Of a DNA stretch of 22,056 nt, positions 19,716 to 22,056 are shown one piece after another. Source of the DNA: Octopus sinensis. Taxonomy: Eukaryota. Every line of letters starts with the position of its first letter. Position 1 is the stretch's first letter. The stretch is taken from positions 1-22,056 of the forward strand of contig NW_021836953.1 in the NCBI RefSeq assembly GCF_006345805.1, given 5' to 3'. The notes below the pieces were generated by a model. It was not told the DNA's origin. It did no database searches and saw only the letters and a program-made list of their open reading frames with translations. The position numbers were made by a program, and so were the translations under genes.

Positions 19716-19975
19716 AGGCGGTGGTTCGCTGGCAGAATTGTCAGCGAGGCGGACAAAATGTTTAGCGGCATTTCACCCGTCTTTACGTTCTGAGTTCAAA
19801 TTCCGCCGACGTCGACTTTGCCTTTCATACTTTCAATGTTGAAAAAGTAAGCGCTAGTTCAACACTGGATTTAAAATTATCGATTATCCCTCCCCACATC
19901 CCGATAAAATAAGTACCAGCTTAATAGTGCGTTCGATTTAACCGGCTTCTCTCCTACCCCGAAATTTCTGACCCG
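19716..19975 (+). mobile_element. Degenerate SINE family 1 copy with a partial internal duplication
   Basis: Head and B box are recognisable; the AAGTACCAG body segment appears twice in degenerate form. Confidence 0.7.
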
Positions 19976-20056
19976 ATCCGTGTATCAAAAACAGAAACCA
20001 ATATTTATGTTCTACGTGTTTTTTTGGGTTTTTTTTTGCGAAGTTACTTTGGGTTA

Positions 20057-20429
20057 CTCTTTTATACTCTTTTACTTGTTTCAGTCATTTGACTGTGGCC
20101 ATGCTGGAGCACCGCCTTTTAATCGACAACTCGACCCCGGGACTTATTCTTTTGTAAGCCCAGTACTTGTTCTATCGGTCTCTTTTGCCGAACCGCTCGG
20201 TAACGGGGACATAAACACACCAGCAATGCTAGGGGACAAACACACACACGCATATATATACATATATACGACGGGCTTCTTTCAGTTTCCGTCTACCAAA
20301 TCCACTCACAAGGCTTTGGTCGGCCCGAGGCTATAGTAGAAGACACTTGCCCAGGGTGCCACGCAGTGGGACTGAACCCGGAACCATGTGGTTGGTAGAC
20401 AAGCTACTTACCACACAGCCACTCCTGCG
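20057..20429 (-). mobile_element. tRNA-derived SINE family 2, full length (head, CORE-like segment, internal microsatellite, body, AGTAAAAG tail)
   Basis: Head GCAGGAGTGGCTGTGTGGT..GGTTCAGTCCC; CCCTGGGCAAGTGTCTT resembles the CORE domain; internal (TA/TG)n at about 20240-20267. Confidence 0.88.
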
Positions 20430-20840
20430 AAGCAAATCTTATGAAAGTTTGCTTCAGATATAAACAACCTCCAAAGAGACTGGCAGTAAGACTTGATGGA
20501 GGGGTCAAATCCAGAGAAATCAAAGATGCAAGGAAAAGTTTCTTTCTAAACATTATTCGCTTACATAAATTCCTAGAATTCGCTTTCTTAAATTTCAATT
20601 GAATGCGTAACTAGTGGCCATATAGGAACTTCGGTTCAAATTCTAAAACGAACAGCTGAACAACCGACGACTGGGTCACAGGATTAACTTATAGTTATCA
20701 AGTTACACTTTCATTTAGACATTCCCGAAACAATGACAGTTCGTATTTCTAATTTTGTTTTAGATTCTTTAATCATTGGAAAAGAAAATTTACTTTAACG
20801 TTCCATGCTAAATGTGTTAACAATTGTATATTCTATAGAA

Positions 20841-21153
20841 ACGTTGTTGTTGTTTATTCCTTCTCAAGCCATGCCTGACTCATAAGGGTCGGTTTCCCGG
20901 TTCCTTAGCGTATAGGTTCCTCACCTGGATGGGACGCTGGTCCATCGCAGGTGAACTGCAAGATGCAGGAGGAAAGAGTGAGAGAAAGTTGTGGTGAAAG
21001 AGTCGGCGGAAGTTCGCCATTACTTTCTGCCGGAGCCGCGTGGAGCTTAGGTGTTTTCGCTCATAAACACACACATCGCCCGGTCTGAGATTCGAACCCG
21101 CGATCCTTCGACCGCGAGTCCACTGCTCTAACCACTAGACCATGTGCCTCCAC
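20841..21153 (-). mobile_element. tRNA-derived SINE family 3, full length with target-site duplication
   Basis: Head GTGGAGGCACATGGTCTAGTGG..GGTTCGAATC; CCTGCGATGGACCAGCGTCCCATCCAGG resembles the V-SINE domain; (AAC)n tail; TATAGAA duplicated at 20834-20840 and 21154-21160. Confidence 0.88.
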
Positions 21154-21651
21154 TATAGAATCGTAGTTTTCTAGTAATTCCTTTTCAATGAATTATTGGA
21201 CTGTCACAAAGAATTTTTGTCAGGGTCACTCTCGTGAATCTAAGCCAAAATAAGTTATCAAAAAGTTTTAGAATACTGACAGAAATCAGTAGACGCACGT
21301 ACAGGTATATTGAAATGGTTAATTTTCGGCAAGATATCAATATTGGGACAATTTCTTCCAGATCTACACTATTTAGAAGATATAGGAAATATTTGTCTTG
21401 TAAATATTGCGTTTATTTTTGTCGCGCACGTCACACCAGGCAAATAAGAATTGTAACTACAGACTGTTGTCCAGCGAATTCATTTCCGTATTTTGGAAAT
21501 TTCAAAGGTTAATATATAAGTAAACACGATGAGGCTCTGAAAAAATTAAGAAGAATTGGCAGATAATGTTTCCAGGTGATAAAAGATGATCTTGTGCGAT
21601 TTCACGTCACACCGTTCGGGGCCACTTTAAACTTATTTAACATGCAGGAGT

Positions 21652-21850
21652 GGCGCAGGAGTGGCTGTGTGGTAAGTAGCTTACTTAACAACACATGGTT
21701 CCGGGTTCAGTCCCACTGTGTGGCATCTTGGGCAAGTGTCTTCTACTATAGCCTCGGGCCGACAAAAGCCTTGTGAGTAGATTTGGTAGACGGAAACTGA
21801 AGGAAGCCCGTCGTATATATGTATATATATATACCTATATATATATATAT
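21652..21850 (+). mobile_element. SINE family 2 head and internal (TA)n
   Basis: Near-identical to the reverse complement of 20268-20429. Confidence 0.9.
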
Positions 21851-22030
21851 ACTTTTATTTTTTTACTTGTTTCAGTTTTTGACAGCGGCCATGCTGGAGC
21901 AGCGCCTTCAGTCGAACAAATATCCATCCCAGGACTTATTCTTTGTAAGCGTAGTACTTTTTCTATCGGTTTCTTTTGCCGAACTACTAAGTTACGGGGA
22001 TGGTAAAAAACATCTTGCATCGCTTGTCAA
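21851..22030 (-). mobile_element. SINE family 2 body and tail in the opposite orientation
   Basis: Matches 20070-20225 on the same strand; its head is not within the window. Confidence 0.85.
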
Positions 22031-22056
22031 CACACAAATACATACATAATACATAC

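Noticed and set aside
20459-20600. Candidate third VIT exon (YKQPPKRLAVRLDGGVKSREIKDARKSF), in phase after CAG|
   Set aside because: Only weak resemblance to the IDG..Y...VKEK motif, needs a 9-residue insertion, and has no good donor before the stop.

Overview
Repeat-dense, intron-rich animal genomic DNA. The SINE and microsatellite repertoire looks like Octopus (inferred from my recollection of these families, not from a search). The only supportable host coding sequence is the 5' end of a + strand gene for a secreted VIT-domain protein (inter-alpha-trypsin inhibitor heavy chain-like): a signal-peptide exon at 5688-5753 and a VIT exon at 13294-13454. Nearly all long ORFs in the supplied track are microsatellite artefacts. 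Transposable elements include a deleted Tc1/mariner, two 5'-truncated Tx1/L1-type LINEs sitting in tandem in a (TATC)n array, several tRNA-derived SINE families, a small MITE family and Penelope-like relics. The most interesting signals are three. (1) A set of minimal type-I hammerhead ribozyme motifs, all on the minus strand, including a U3-A8 core variant. (2) A SINE whose 3' tail matches the 3' end of the Tx1 LINE, with covarying terminal hairpins. (3) Microsatellite-associated LINE insertion with an apparent duplication of at least 235 bp flanking one copy.
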